The notes under the pieces: model-generated | What the model was told of the DNA's origin: nothing | What the model saw: only the letters and a program-made list of their open reading frames with translations | Database searches by the model: none | NCBI RefSeq assembly: GCF_006345805.1 | Contig: NC_043009.1 | Span: 44,702,001-44,766,000, forward strand | Direction: 5' to 3' | DNA: 64,000 nucleotides | Origin: Octopus sinensis | Lineage: Eukaryota | Part shown: positions 26,361 to 39,216 of the stretch, piece by piece | Layout: each line of letters starts with the position of its first letter | Numbering within the stretch: position 1 is the stretch's first letter | Program-made: the position numbers and the translations under genes

Positions 26361-26709
26361 AATGACCAAATCTAAGCTTCTCTGCTAGTTCCTCAACAGT
26401 TATGATGGTATTTGTTCGACCAGGGTTTGCAGGATGGACTGGAGCAACATAAAATAAAGTGTCTTGCTCAGGTACACAGTGAATTGAACTCATTATCAAA
26501 TGATTATGAGCTGAATACCCTAAGCACTAAGCCATGTGTCTTTGACACATGGCTTAGTGCTTATATATATATATAATCCTGAACATTTGTCACAATCTTA
26601 CATTTTGTATTAGGCTATACACATAAATGTAATGAGTATACTTCAATCACACATTTTGAACCAATTTATTTTTGTTTTAATAAATATATTTTCATTCTAC
26701 TTTTCCCAG

Positions 26710-26927
26710 CTGCATTATCCAGTCAATGCAAAACTTACTCGTGCCAATGTTCACAAATTGGCCACAAAGCAGCAGAGGTCAGAGGATGTATACAGATTTG
26801 ACAGAGAAGTAACCTATCGTTACCAGCTCCCTATTGGTTACTATGTTATCATTCCAAGTACATTTAACCCAGGTAAAGAGGCCAAATTCTTGCTCAGAAT
26901 CTTTACCAAACAGAAGATCAGCAGCAG
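26710..26927 (+). CDS. Internal exon of a calpain-family gene, C-terminal half of domain III (C2-like/CBSW)
   Basis: Acceptor ttttcccAG ends at 26709 and donor AG|GTAAAT starts at 26928. The open frame reads LHYPVNAKLTRANVHKLATKQQRSEDVYRFDREVTYRYQLPIGYYVIIPSTFNPGKEAKFLLRIFTKQKISS, matching the calpain domain III signature REV..R..LP.G.YVI.PSTF.P..E..FLLR.F. No catalytic-domain exons were recognised in the window, so the subfamily is not assigned. Confidence 0.9.
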
Positions 26928-29398
26928 GTAAATCTTCATATCTTAAGTTGTGTGCCCTATCATTTATCTTTGTCACTGGAATTTAGTCATGCTTGGAGCC
27001 CACCTTGAAGTATTTAGTCAAACAGATTGATTCTAGTACTTAAAGTCTAGTGCTTATTCTATTGGTCTCTTTTTACCAAAAACCATTAAAGGTAAAAAAA
27101 AAACCCAATGGAACAAGTACCAGGCTTTAAATATTGGGAGTAATTTGTTTGACTAAATGCTTGAAGATGGAGCTCTCTCTTGTGTGTGTGTGTAAATGCT
27201 TTCCCAAATAACTTGCACTTCATTTCGGTAGCTCTGAGAATGACTCTCTCCAGAAATAATAAAGTATGCATCAACACAAACTCACATAAAGAATCTTGCA
27301 AACCAAATACAGAAATGAAATAATAATAATAATAATAGTAATAATAAAAATAATAGTAATTGTTTCTAATTTAGGCACAAGGCCAAAAAATTTGAGAAGA
27401 AGGTGTTAATACCATCAACCTTCAGTACTTGACTGGTATGTTATTTTACCAACCCTGGAGAGATGGAAGTCAAGGGTATGCACATGCACTCAGCAGTGAG
27501 TGCACTGCATCTTATACCAGAAACAGCTCTAAACTAATGAAGTTGGTAACATAGTTACTGTTCCCTTGTCATTTATTTAATCTCATATTACACACTGTAC
27601 TCAACTAACATTTAATACTGAAACATATATACATTGAATTCTAACATCAGGTCATTAGTATCATTATGCCAAAGCAAAATCATTATATATATATATATAT
27701 ATATATATCTTATGTGTCGGTGGCACATAAGAAAACACCATCCGAGCGTGGCCGTCTGCCAGCCTCGTCTGGCACCTGTGTCGGTGGCACATAAAAAACA
27801 CCATCCGAGCATGGCCATCTGCCAGCCTCGTCTGGCACCTGTGTCGGTGGCACATAAAAAAACACCATCCAAGCGTGGCCGTCTGCCAGCCTCGTCTGGC
27901 ACCTGTGTCGGTGGCACATAAAATCACCCACTACACTCTCGGAGTGGTTGGCGTTAGGAAGGGCATCCAGCTGTAGAAACACTGCCAGATCTCACTGGCC
28001 TGGTGCAGCCTTCGGGCTTGCCAGACCCCAGTTGAACCGTCCAACCCATGCTAGCATGGAAAGCGGACGTTAAACGATGATGATGATGATGATGATGATA
28101 TATATCATAGTTGTGGCAGGTACAGGTGTCACACAAATGGCACTCATGACAGCGGTACATAGAGGCACCCATTACACTCTGTGTGGTTGGTATTAGGTAG
28201 GGCATCCAGCCATAGAAACCATGTCAAATCAGACTGGAGTCTGGAGTAGCCTCTCAGCTTACCAGCTCTAGTCAAACCATCCAACCCATGCCAACATGGA
28301 CAACAGACAATAAATGATGATGATGACGATGATATATATATATATATGATGGGTTTCTTTCATTTTCTGCCTACCAAACCCACTCACAAGGCTTTGGTTA
28401 ACCCAAGGCTGAAGAAGAAAACACTTGCCTAAGATGCGCCCTGTGCAACTTAACCTGGAATTGTGTGGTTGGGATGCATGCTTCTTACCCCACAGCCACA
28501 CCTACACCTAATTGCTTGTCTTTGATTTTCTTTGAAAATTGTGAAATATTCAACATTGATCATGACTAAATGCTTTGTTGTACAAAGCAGCTATTAAAAG
28601 CTAGATGCAAACTTTTACAGATTTTTTGTAAAGATTAAATACCTGGAAGAATAAAATATAGGCCAACCAGCTTATAAATTTTAACTTAAAATTTTGCATG
28701 AAACATTTAGTGCAACCACTTGGTTTCAGGTTCCATTCCATTGCATGGCAACTTGGGTAAGTGTCTTCCACTGTAGCCCTAGGCCAACGAAACCTTTTGA
28801 GTGGATTCAATAAATGGAAACTGAAAGAAGCCTTTCGTGTGTGTATGTGTGTGTGTGCACATGCATGTTTGCATGTATATGTTTATGTGTGTGTGTGTGT
28901 GCACATGCACGTTTGCATGTATATGTTTATGTGTGTGTGTGTGTGTTACTATCTTCTTGCCTTGACACTGCATAATAGTTGTATCACTGCCATACAAGTG
29001 GTGTCCTTTGTTTTCAATCTTCTTTGGAAAACAAGTCCAGCCATGGGGAAATAATACCTTACTTGGAAAAACAGGTGAGGATTGGTGGCAGGAAGTGCAT
29101 CCAGCCATAGAAAATCCTCAACAAATTCTGACCAATCCATGCCAGCAGTGCAAAGTGAATGTAAAACGACATTGCTGATGATGATGATAAGAGTACACAT
29201 AATTTTACATGCCTAACTGTGGGAAAATAAGTCACAGCTCATCTTTTTTAATGCTATACAAAATGGGACAAGAACATGCCTTTATAAGCTACTCTGAGCT
29301 TTGAGTACAATCAAGATATTGTTTAGTTGTTAATGAACAAGAATTTATATTCAATTCATTTTAATTCTTTGCTTTTTCTTGTTTTTTTTTTTCTACAG

Positions 29399-29414
29399 CA
29401 CAGACATGATAAAT
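29399..29414 (+). CDS. Candidate 16-nt micro-exon (or start of a terminal exon) of the calpain gene
   Basis: Long polypyrimidine tract + ttctacAG ends at 29398 and a perfect GTAAGT starts at 29415. It is phase-compatible with the phase-2 donor at 26927 and gives S-T-D-M-I-N. No homology support. Confidence 0.4.
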
Positions 29415-31305
29415 GTAAGTATATCATTGTTTTCTGTGTTATTTTGTATTTTGGTGGTAGTGTCTTGCAGGTAGTTATGTGAAATGAATGAACACCACAC
29501 AGGTGCTTTTTACATGACACTGCACAGGCACTTTTACATGTACCACCACAAGTGCCTTTCACCACCAGAGGGACCAAAGGGTAGTCATGTCTATGGAATG
29601 TTTTAATGACTTTCACGTTAAATCAGGAACAGGTAATTCAGTTGATTGAACACCTGAATCCTCAGACCAAAATGTACATCAAGTGCATAGTTAAATAAAT
29701 CTTGTTGCAAAATATGGCCTCCTAACACCAACATGACTCCAACAGCCGAGTTAGCAGCTAGGAAATGGCAGGCCAGCCCAGCAAACCAACTTGCCTAGAG
29801 AGGAAGTAGTTGTACACAGCTGGATGTCTTATGTAATGTAGTCCTTCATCACCTGGTCTTACACTGACTATATTTCTTCACACTCCACTTCACAACAACT
29901 GTAGTACTTCAACGCCCAGCTTCACACCTCCTGGACAACTGACAGTTTCCCTAAGGATATCTTATTTTTGTCTTCCGAGAAAGTCATGTATACAAAATAC
30001 TTCTAGAAAAATGTATATATCCAAGGCTATAGCGAGCAATACGTACAGGGGCAGTCGACAACAGAGCATCCTTAATAATAAAACATAGAAAACAGTGTGT
30101 GGGTGGGTTATGAATTAATGCGTAGCAAGCACGACATACACCGAACAACTATCTTAGTAATTTATTCTAAGTAATATATTCTGTGAGCAAATTAATCAAA
30201 TGATCTTGACATTATTAAACTACTGTTGGTTAGTAGTGTATATAAAACATCAGTCTAGCATATCGGTTTCCCTGCCAGTGACGTCATACCACAAACTAGT
30301 TCACACATCGATTAGTATTGCTGTCTTATTGTTCTGTATGTTTTGTTTTGTAACAGGTAAGTTCAATGCCCCTAGTTCATTGTTCAAGTAACCTACTGCA
30401 GTGCAGGGCCAGCGCTTGCTGTGTTTATGAATACCTCAAATACGTAGAACAATGACATGAATTCCTTCTATTTTGAATAAATTGCTTTAGAATGGTGTTA
30501 AAACATCTTCAGTTTGTCCTGGGAATGTAAATTCCTTTGGTTTTGTAGTATCCAAGTCATTGACAAGATTCTCAAATGGAGGTTCGTAAAAATGGGTGAA
30601 GAAATTGAGAAATCATGATATAAGCAAGACCTCTGACCAAGTATTTCCTAGTAAAGATGCCTCTATGCAAAATTAAAAAAAAAACCTGGGTGTAAATCTG
30701 GGGCCTACAACATGGACCCTACATGCCATTATATACATACAGACATATATTAGATTTATATACACAGATACATTATATACATACATATACACATACATAT
30801 GTACATACATACATATACACATACATATGTACATACATACATTACAGACGCACATATATATTACATACTTACATAATTACATATATACATTCTTTTATTC
30901 TTTTATTTGTTTCAGTCATTTGACTGCAGCCATGCTGGAGCACAGCCTTTAGTCGAACAAATCGACCCAAGGACTTATTCATTGTAGGCCTAGCATCAGT
31001 TGTCAAGCGATGTTGCAGAGACAAACACAGTCACACAAACCTATACATACATACACACACACACACATACGACGGGCTTCTTTCAGTTTCCGTCTACCAA
31101 ATCGACTGACAAGGTTTTGGTCAGCCTGAGGCTACAGTAGAAACACTTGCCCAAGGTGCCACGCAGTGGGACTGAACCCGGAACCATGTGATTGGTAAGC
31201 AAGATACTTACCACACAGCCACTCCTGCGACTACATTACATACATATATTTCATGCATGCATGCATGCATACATACATACATACATACATACATACATAC
31301 ATACA

Positions 31306-31338
<33 letters not shown>

Positions 31339-32247
31339 TAAGCACATACATATATACAAACACATGTATATGAAACAAATCGTTTCCTGGATTCTTAGCC
31401 AGGAATAGAAACCCGAACCTAAAACTTTCCACCAAATCATCTCTATTGTTCTCGGCGTCAGCACTTTGAAATTTGTGAGCAACAACCGTCAAACTTAGAT
31501 AATGTTCAAGTGACCATTCTTGGGTTGAATATTATATAACATAGACACGCCAATTTACTTGCCATTATTCTCTGCCCTACATTCAACTTTCCAACATGCA
31601 TAAATATGAAGCTTCTCGGAATATTAGGAGACAGTCGTTTTCGTTTTCAGATGCGCTTTCGACAAATAATCTCTTTCTAACCTCCGCAATAGATACAGTT
31701 ATTACCAAAGGTATTCGAGCCTTGTCATTATTTCCCTCTTACCACTGTTTTACAGTGATAAGGAGAAAATTGAAATCGCGATCGTGAGTGCAACACCCTA
31801 ACCACTAAGTCAATAATAATAATAATAATAATAATGATGATTTCAAATTTTGGCCCGAGGCCAGCAATTTCGAGGGAGGGGATGAGTCAATTACATCGAC
31901 CACCGACATATTCAACTGGTACTTATTTTTTATCGACCCCGAAAGGATGACAGTTAAAGTCGACCTCAGCGGAATTCGAACTCAGAATTTGAGCATTTCA
32001 CTCGGTGTGGTAACGGTTCTGCCACCGCTTGAAATTTTGGCACAAAGCCAGCAATTTCGGTGGAGAGGATAATTCAATTACATCGGCCACCGACGTATTC
32101 AACTGGTACTTATTTTAACGACCCAGAAAGGATGAAAGGTAAGATCCATCTCAGCGGAATTTGAATTCAAAAACTCGAAACGTGAAGAGGGACGAAATAC
32201 CGTTAAGCATTTCATCTGGCGGGGTAACGATTCTGCTGGCTGTCCCC

Positions 32248-32299
<52 letters not shown>

Positions 32300-33025
32300 T
32301 AATAATATTTTCTACTGTAGGCATAAGTCCTGAAATTTTGGGGGAAAGGGCTAGTCGATTACATGGACCCCAGGCCCTAACTGGCACCCTATTTTATCGT
32401 CCCGAGAGGGATGAAAGGGTTGACCTTGGTCGCTTTGCACACATTTAGCAGGTGTGGTGTCTGATGTTATTTGTGTTATGCTTTTGTGTGGGAATATATT
32501 GTTCTGTAGGTTGATTTATTAACGTGTGGTGTACAAAAGCCCTGAGAAGAAACATTAGTTTTTCCTCCACTAGAAATAGGTCCCCACAGACTAAACATCA
32601 GACTAAACAGCTATTCTATCAAACTGTGTATGTGTATGCGTGAGAGAGAGACAGAGAGAAGGGGAGGGAGACATGGGCTGTGAGTAAATAAGGTAAGCAG
32701 TATATCACGTGATCACGTGACCGACCACTCCATCAGATGTAGTTACACATCGCTGGTCACCATGCGTTCGCATTGTTTAGCCTTCGAACGACGCCACCCC
32801 GCTGGCTAAGCGAGCAGGCCAACAGAAGAAAGAGTGGTGAAAGAGTACAGCAGGGATCACCCCCCCCCGGAGCCTCGTGGAGCTTTAGGTGTTTTCGCTC
32901 AATAAACACTCACAACGCCCGGTCTGGGAATCGAAACCGCGATCCTAACCACTGGGCCATTGCGCCTCCACAAGCAGTATATCTACATATATATATATAA
33001 AGTAAAGGCGGCGAGCAAAAAATTC

Positions 33026-33377
33026 AACAGAACTGCCAGATTTTCAAAGCGGTCGTATTGTTGGGCAATCTGAGGCTGGTCTTAGCCAGCGAAAAATTGC
33101 CGAAAATCTTCAAATTCCTCTTGCTACTGTTAATAGAATTATAATGCAATTCAAAAGCAATTCAACAGATTTTCGCCCTGGCCAATCTGGGCCCTCGGAA
33201 AGGAAGCTTCGCTGTTTGAAGAGAATTGTGGAAGAGAAATCCCGTTCGAAGGCTTCTGACATTGCAAAACAACTAGAAGTTAGTCCAAGAACGTGTGTTA
33301 CGTATCTGCATAAGCTTGGGTATTATGGACGAGCAGCCAGAAGAAAACCTCTCCTTCGACCAATTAATATCAAATAA
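33026..33377 (+). mobile_element. Tc1 transposase N-terminal (paired-like HTH) fragment
   Basis: ELPDFQSGRIVGQSEAGLSQRKIAENLQIPLATVNRII...VSPRTCVTYLHKLGYYGRAARRKPLL. Confidence 0.85.
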
Positions 33378-34197
33378 AAAATTTAGAAAATTAAAGGTGT
33401 CTATTTACTTCCTGCATGTCTGTGTATATGTTCTCTTCCGTTTTTAATTAGTTAACCTTTCATTACCAACCCGGCTGAAACTGGCTTTGACTCTGAGTAC
33501 AAATGTCTTGTTTTCATGAATTTTGAATTAAAATCTTCCACCAAACCTTAATCACAATTTATGTTCCTAACACTAGCTGAATGATAACTAAGTTATTTTA
33601 CTAAATTCTTTGTTATATTTAAAGTAACTGAAAGAAACACAGAAGATTTAAAAATAAATACAGTAACAAAAGGGTGAGGAACTAGCTGGTTTTTACTAAT
33701 GTTTGCATTTATATGTATGTATGTTAGGTATGTATGTATATCTATCTGTCTTTCTGTTTGTCTGTCGGTCTGTGAGCGTGCACGAGCGTGAGTATAAAAT
33801 ATATTGACCAAAGAATTTTTATAATGACTTCAATACCAGCCGATTGTGAACCAGGTCGTGCCATGACGTCACTGCCTGGGAAACTGATTTACACTACTAA
33901 CCATTAGTAGCTTAATAATGTCAAGTTCATTTGATTAACTTGTACACAGAATACATTACTTTGAATAAATTACTATGACAGCTGTTCCGTGAATGTCGTA
34001 CTTGTTACACAACTATTCATAAAGAACTAAGTATTCTGTTATTAAGTATGTTTGATTATCAATTGCCTTCGTATAGTTGTACACGTTTTCGTTATGCTCG
34101 TTATAATCCATGGTATATATATACATGTGACCTCGTGAGCACCGCCAGCAATTTTTTTTCCTCTGTCTTCCCTTCTCGGGATCTTTCCTTCTCCTTT

Positions 34198-34232
34198 GTT
34201 TCCGACGAAGAGCTCCGCTCGAAACGTTAAAC
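34198..34232 (+). ncRNA. Minimal hammerhead motif (core CCGACGA, U4C variant)
   Basis: GTTT-CCGACGA-A-GAGC TCC GCTC-GAA-ACGT-T-AAAC. Confidence 0.6.
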
Positions 34233-34353
34233 CCTCCTTCTTCCCTTCTTTCCTGAGCGGCCAATAATACTTTATTTGTTCCACGTCCTCGCGTTGCTGT
34301 GTTTTTTGTTTTTTTTGTTTTTTTGTGTTTTCTTGTTTGGATTAACTATATAT

Positions 34354-34411
<58 letters not shown>

Positions 34412-34471
34412 CACGAGGGCGTGGAACAAATATAGTGTTATTGGACGCCCAGGAAACGAAAGAAAGGAGGA

Positions 34472-34506
34472 TTTTAACGTTTCGAGCAGAGCTCTTCGTC
34501 AGAAAC
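34472..34506 (-). ncRNA. Minimal hammerhead motif, inverted partner of 34198-34232
   Basis: Minus strand reads GTTT-CTGACGA-A-GAGC TCT GCTC-GAA-ACGT-T-AAAA, with an intact CUGACGA core. Confidence 0.7.
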
Positions 34507-34571
34507 ATAGGAAAAGGAAAGATCTAAGGACGGGAAGACGGAGGAAAAAATCGCCAACGATACACACGCGG

Positions 34572-34608
<37 letters not shown>

Positions 34609-35489
34609 TGGGGGGGCAATGGTCCAGTGGTTAGGGCAGCGGACTCGCGGTCGGAGGATCGCGGTTTCGACAGGGCATTGTGTGTGTTTATTGAGCGAAA
34701 ACACCTAAAGCTACACGAGTCTTCGGCAGGGATGGGGGTTGGATGGCGACCCCTGTTGTACTCTTTCGCCCCATCTTTCTCTCACTCTTTCTTCCTGTTT
34801 CTTGAGTAACGTTGCGATGGACTTGGCGTCCCGTCCAGCTGTGGGGAACAAATACGCCATAGAAACCGGGAAATCGGGCCCATGAGCCTGGTTAGGCTTG
34901 AAAAGGACGCATAAATAATATATATATAGACAAAGGTAAGATATTCATGAGGAAATTACATAGTTCGATTCAAACACCATATTGTGACCCTGGTATATGC
35001 ATTTGAGAACATGCGCGTGTGTATGAAACTAAGGTGTGCGTATATATGCTTTATATTTGTGCGTGTTTATATGTGTATACGTCCATGTTTTCTGTTTATG
35101 CGCGTCTGTGTGTATGTGTGTGTGTGTGTGTGTACGAGGCCATCTGACATGTGTGTGCGCTCGCGCATGCTGCGTGCGTGTGTATGCGTGTGTACTGTGA
35201 GTGTGTATGCGTATGTACTGTAAGTGTGTGTATATGTGTGCGTGTGTTGTCTTCTGTTTGTACGTGTGTATGAGGATGTTATGTGTGTCATACTGGATAG
35301 TATTAGGTGGAATAGATGTGACAAAAGAAACAGGTGTTAGGAAATGTAGGTGTGTTATAATATACTTGCAACTATAAATATGATGATGGATAGCACGGGG
35401 TACTGTAATGGAATTATGGGTACTGATGTGTGTGAAGTATGAAGGAGTGTGTGTGTGTATGCTGTTTGAACGTATTAGTGTGTGGGAGT

Positions 35490-37330
35490 AGAAGTTAAGA
35501 AGACGGGGTGAATCTAAGAGGTAGGTGGTGTGTAAGTGTGTATGAGGGAAGAGTTTAAATGAAAAGGAGTAGAGAATTTAGACCGTGAGGGACTGGAGTA
35601 TGGAGAGAGAAAATTAATTCTTGCTCCAGTCGTTGATGGAAATCCAAGTGATTTCTGTACAAGGCAAATCCGAAAATAGACATATACTGTTAGGGATGAC
35701 CATTTGAGCAGAAATAGCGCGAGACTTAGGTGTCAATACCGAGTCTGATGTCCCGGTCAGACAGGCGTCGTCTACTTTGTCTAAAGTGGTAAAGAGAGCA
35801 AAGGCTGCTTTAAATCAGATTACTAGAGGTGCAAGTGAAGGAATCATTGACTTAGGAGTCGTTCTGGGTATCATTGAAGACTGGTGTCAGATAGGAAGGG
35901 ACAGGTGTGACAGCGTTGCTGAGCACGAGGGAAGGAGCCAAGTTGAGTGTTGGGAGTGGGAAAAGGGCTACGGACCAATAAGTGACATAGGTTGCAGGTA
36001 AGTTTGAAGGAAGGGGGTGGGTTGGAGAAGATGCGGGAGGTAGAGGGGCCAGATAAGAGTTGGCGGAAAGCGCGTAAAAAAACCCATTAGAGGGATAGGG
36101 TGGAGGGATGTTAGATAAGGGTAGGGGTAAGCAGATAAGAATGGGACAGGTGCGTGGAGAGATGGCTGATGTGCGGCCAGCAGACCGAGTGCGGCTTGGA
36201 TACCAGTGGCAGAGGTAAAGTGATTCGAAGTCTTTAGTGGTCACTACAAAGACGACGAAGACAGAGGAACTAAGAGTAGGGGGTATACAGTTTGGTGTGG
36301 GTAGGATGGAAGGAGGAGAAGTTGCGGTAGGAGTGATAATCTATTGGCTTGTAGTAGATGGAGATGGTAAGAGAGGGATGGTTGATGGCAACAGAAATGT
36401 CGAGAAAGTTAAGAGATATTGGACACAAAGTAGAATTCAAACGCGGGATAGAAGGACTAGATTAAATAGAGGAAGGAGCTGAATTGTTCGCGGGAGAATG
36501 AGGTCACACCGATACAATCACCGACGTACTGAATGTATAGCTCACGAGTGGGACCAGCGAACTATGAGAATATCCGGGCTTCAATACAGCCGACGAACAT
36601 GTTCGCGTGGTTGTGGCCTATTCTCGTTCCCATAGCCACTCCCGAGAACTGTTAATAAAACTTTCCATGGAACGAAAAGTAATTCAAAGAGAGAGCCAGT
36701 TCGGCCAACCGGAGGAGAGTAGGAGTGCTAAGCTGGGGATTGGGACGTAAGCCAAGGAAATGTTTGAGTGCGAGAAAACCTTTATTATGAGGGATAACAG
36801 TATAAAGAGACTTGATGTTGAGGTTGAACAAGAGTCGGAAAGGTCCAGAAGGGAACGACAAGGAATTAGAGTCGAAGAGCACGGTTGGTGTCGTAAATAT
36901 GCCAGGGGGAGGAAGTCACTGGAGCGAAGTCTAGGTGTTGAGAGATTAATTACGTCGGAGGATGCAGAAGAGCTGGTAGAAGACCGTCAGCGATGGAGAA
37001 CACTGGTGGACATGATCGGCTCTACGCATGATGACGTCTCTGGGACCATCAACCTGGGATGATTCCAGCCCCATCAAGGAGCTTGAAATAAGAAAGCAAT
37101 TGCAGGTAGGAACAACGGGTTTATGATTTCTGGGAAGGAAGTAAACGGTAGGCGTGCCTGGGGGTCCGGACGATGAGGTTGGAGGAGGTGAGAGGTAGGA
37201 GGGAGGAGGAAATAAGTTCGTGGATTGTGGAAGAAATGAAGGGTTGGTAGTGAGGCGTAGGGTCGGAAGGCAGAGAACGATAGGTGTTTTGAAGTTGGCA
37301 GAGCACCTCAGCACTGGAGAGTTCGAGCTT
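35490..37330 (-). mobile_element. Decayed Penelope-like retroelement (RT + GIY-YIG) with stops and frameshifts
   Basis: Manual translation gives LFNLNIKSLYTVIPH, LRLAELALSLNYFSFHGKFY*QFSGVAMGT, YIQYVGDCIG, FTCTSSNLI and RLEQELIFSLHTPVPHGLN. Confidence 0.88.
36905..37035 (+). mobile_element. RTE-type LINE 3' end inserted in the Penelope-like element
   Basis: RKSLERSLGVERLITSEDAEELVEDRQRWRTLV resembles the RTE C-terminal A.DR..WR motif and interrupts the PLE frame. Confidence 0.55.
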
Positions 37331-38009
37331 TCACACAATTTCGGCCCACCAAATTCACTCACAAGGTATTGGTCAGACCAGTGATGTAGTGGGGAAAAAA
37401 AAACATGCCCAAGGTGTTATGCAATGGGATTGATCTCAAAAGTGCGTGGTTGCAAAGCGAACTTTTGTTTACCACATAGCCATGACATATATATATATAT
37501 ATACCATCGAACAACAACAAAATCTTTCCTCTCTCCATTAACGTCCTAATTACTTAAACTGCACTTCACAGTATCGAACCAAGCATTTCGTTTGTTCTTG
37601 CTTTTTGTTTCGTCGTCTAACAATAAACACAAGAAGAAGCACAAATACTATAGATCAAGCACAATGAGGCACCACCATCTCCTTCTCCACCACCAAAGGA
37701 AAAAAAAAATACAAAAAAAAAATACAAAGAAACAACTAAAAATCAACAAAAACCAAGCCTCCATACGTAAATGCAGACTATTTTATTTCTTGGACCATAT
37801 TCTATATTTTATTATTAATATCCAAGGTTTTTTTTCTTTTCACAATTGGCTGATCCTATTGGCTCTTTACCAAGCTGCTCTTACGTTTGTTTTTCATCTG
37901 AAAGACCGAAAATCGGAAATAGCGCTGGCTTGCTGATATTGCAGAATTTTTACCATCAATATATTCAGAATATGCCAAAAGCTATTCTATTGTCAGAAAC
38001 AGGAAACTA

Positions 38010-38060
38010 TGGTATATATATATATATTATATATATATATATATACCTAGTAAGTAAGTG

Positions 38061-38120
<60 letters not shown>

Positions 38121-38162
38121 TCACACAAACAGTAATACAGACGCAAACATATACGCGCACAC

Positions 38163-38221
<59 letters not shown>

Positions 38222-38223
38222 TA

Positions 38224-38263
<40 letters not shown>

Positions 38264-38532
38264 ATATATATATATATATATTATATATATATATATTATA
38301 TATATATATATTATATATATATATTATATATTATATATATATATATATTATTATATATATATATTATATTATATATATATTATTATATATTATATATATA
38401 TATATATTATAATATTATATTATATCTATATATTATATATTATAATATATATATAATATTATATATTATATATATATATATATAGTATATATTATATATA
38501 TATATATATATATTATACATATATAATATATA

Positions 38533-38575
<43 letters not shown>
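38010..38575. repeat. Very long interrupted (TA)n/(TTATA) microsatellite
   Basis: Several hundred nt that are almost purely A/T. Confidence 0.95.
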
Positions 38576-38646
38576 CACACACACACACGGTATATGATTA
38601 CATGCACATATATGCATAATACATTAGGAATGCTGTCCTTGTTAAA

Positions 38647-38691
<45 letters not shown>

Positions 38692-39216
38692 CACACACAG
38701 TAATACAGACGCAAACATATACGCATACACGTATACATATATATATATATATATACACAGGTATATGATTACACAGGTATATGATTACACGCACATATAT
38801 GCATTATACATTTGGAATGTTGTCCTTGTTAAAATTTTATTTAAAAGTCATGCTTTTGAACAGTTGCCACACAGTTTCAAATATCATGTAAGATGATGAA
38901 ATATATACTTCGTTCGTATTCAAATTTATTTATATCTTTAAATTATTCTAGGTTTTTTATTTGAATATATTTGTCAATAAAAATGAACAGTTCATTTCAT
39001 AGAACGTGATACCTAGATATTTTTTTGAAATACAAGCAAGTTTAAACCTGAAATAATGAAAAGAATAAATGATTTTTAAAAATCTTCCATGGTATTTGAA
39101 GCCGCGTACCAAGTTGTGGAAGATGTGAATTTTAAATGAGGACTTTTAATAAAGATAGTATTCTAATATATGCTAAATATTTTCTGTGAAATAAATAATA
39201 TTGTCTAAGTATTGTT

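Noticed and set aside
30380-30620. In-frame TGA in a minus-strand frame, considered as selenocysteine
   Set aside because: No SECIS (AUGA/GA quartet) was found downstream and there is no selenoprotein motif.
37895-37930. CTGAAAGA-CCGA/TCGG-AAA-TAGCGCT hammerhead-like string
   Set aside because: Core spacing is wrong, and there is no UH site or stem I pairing.
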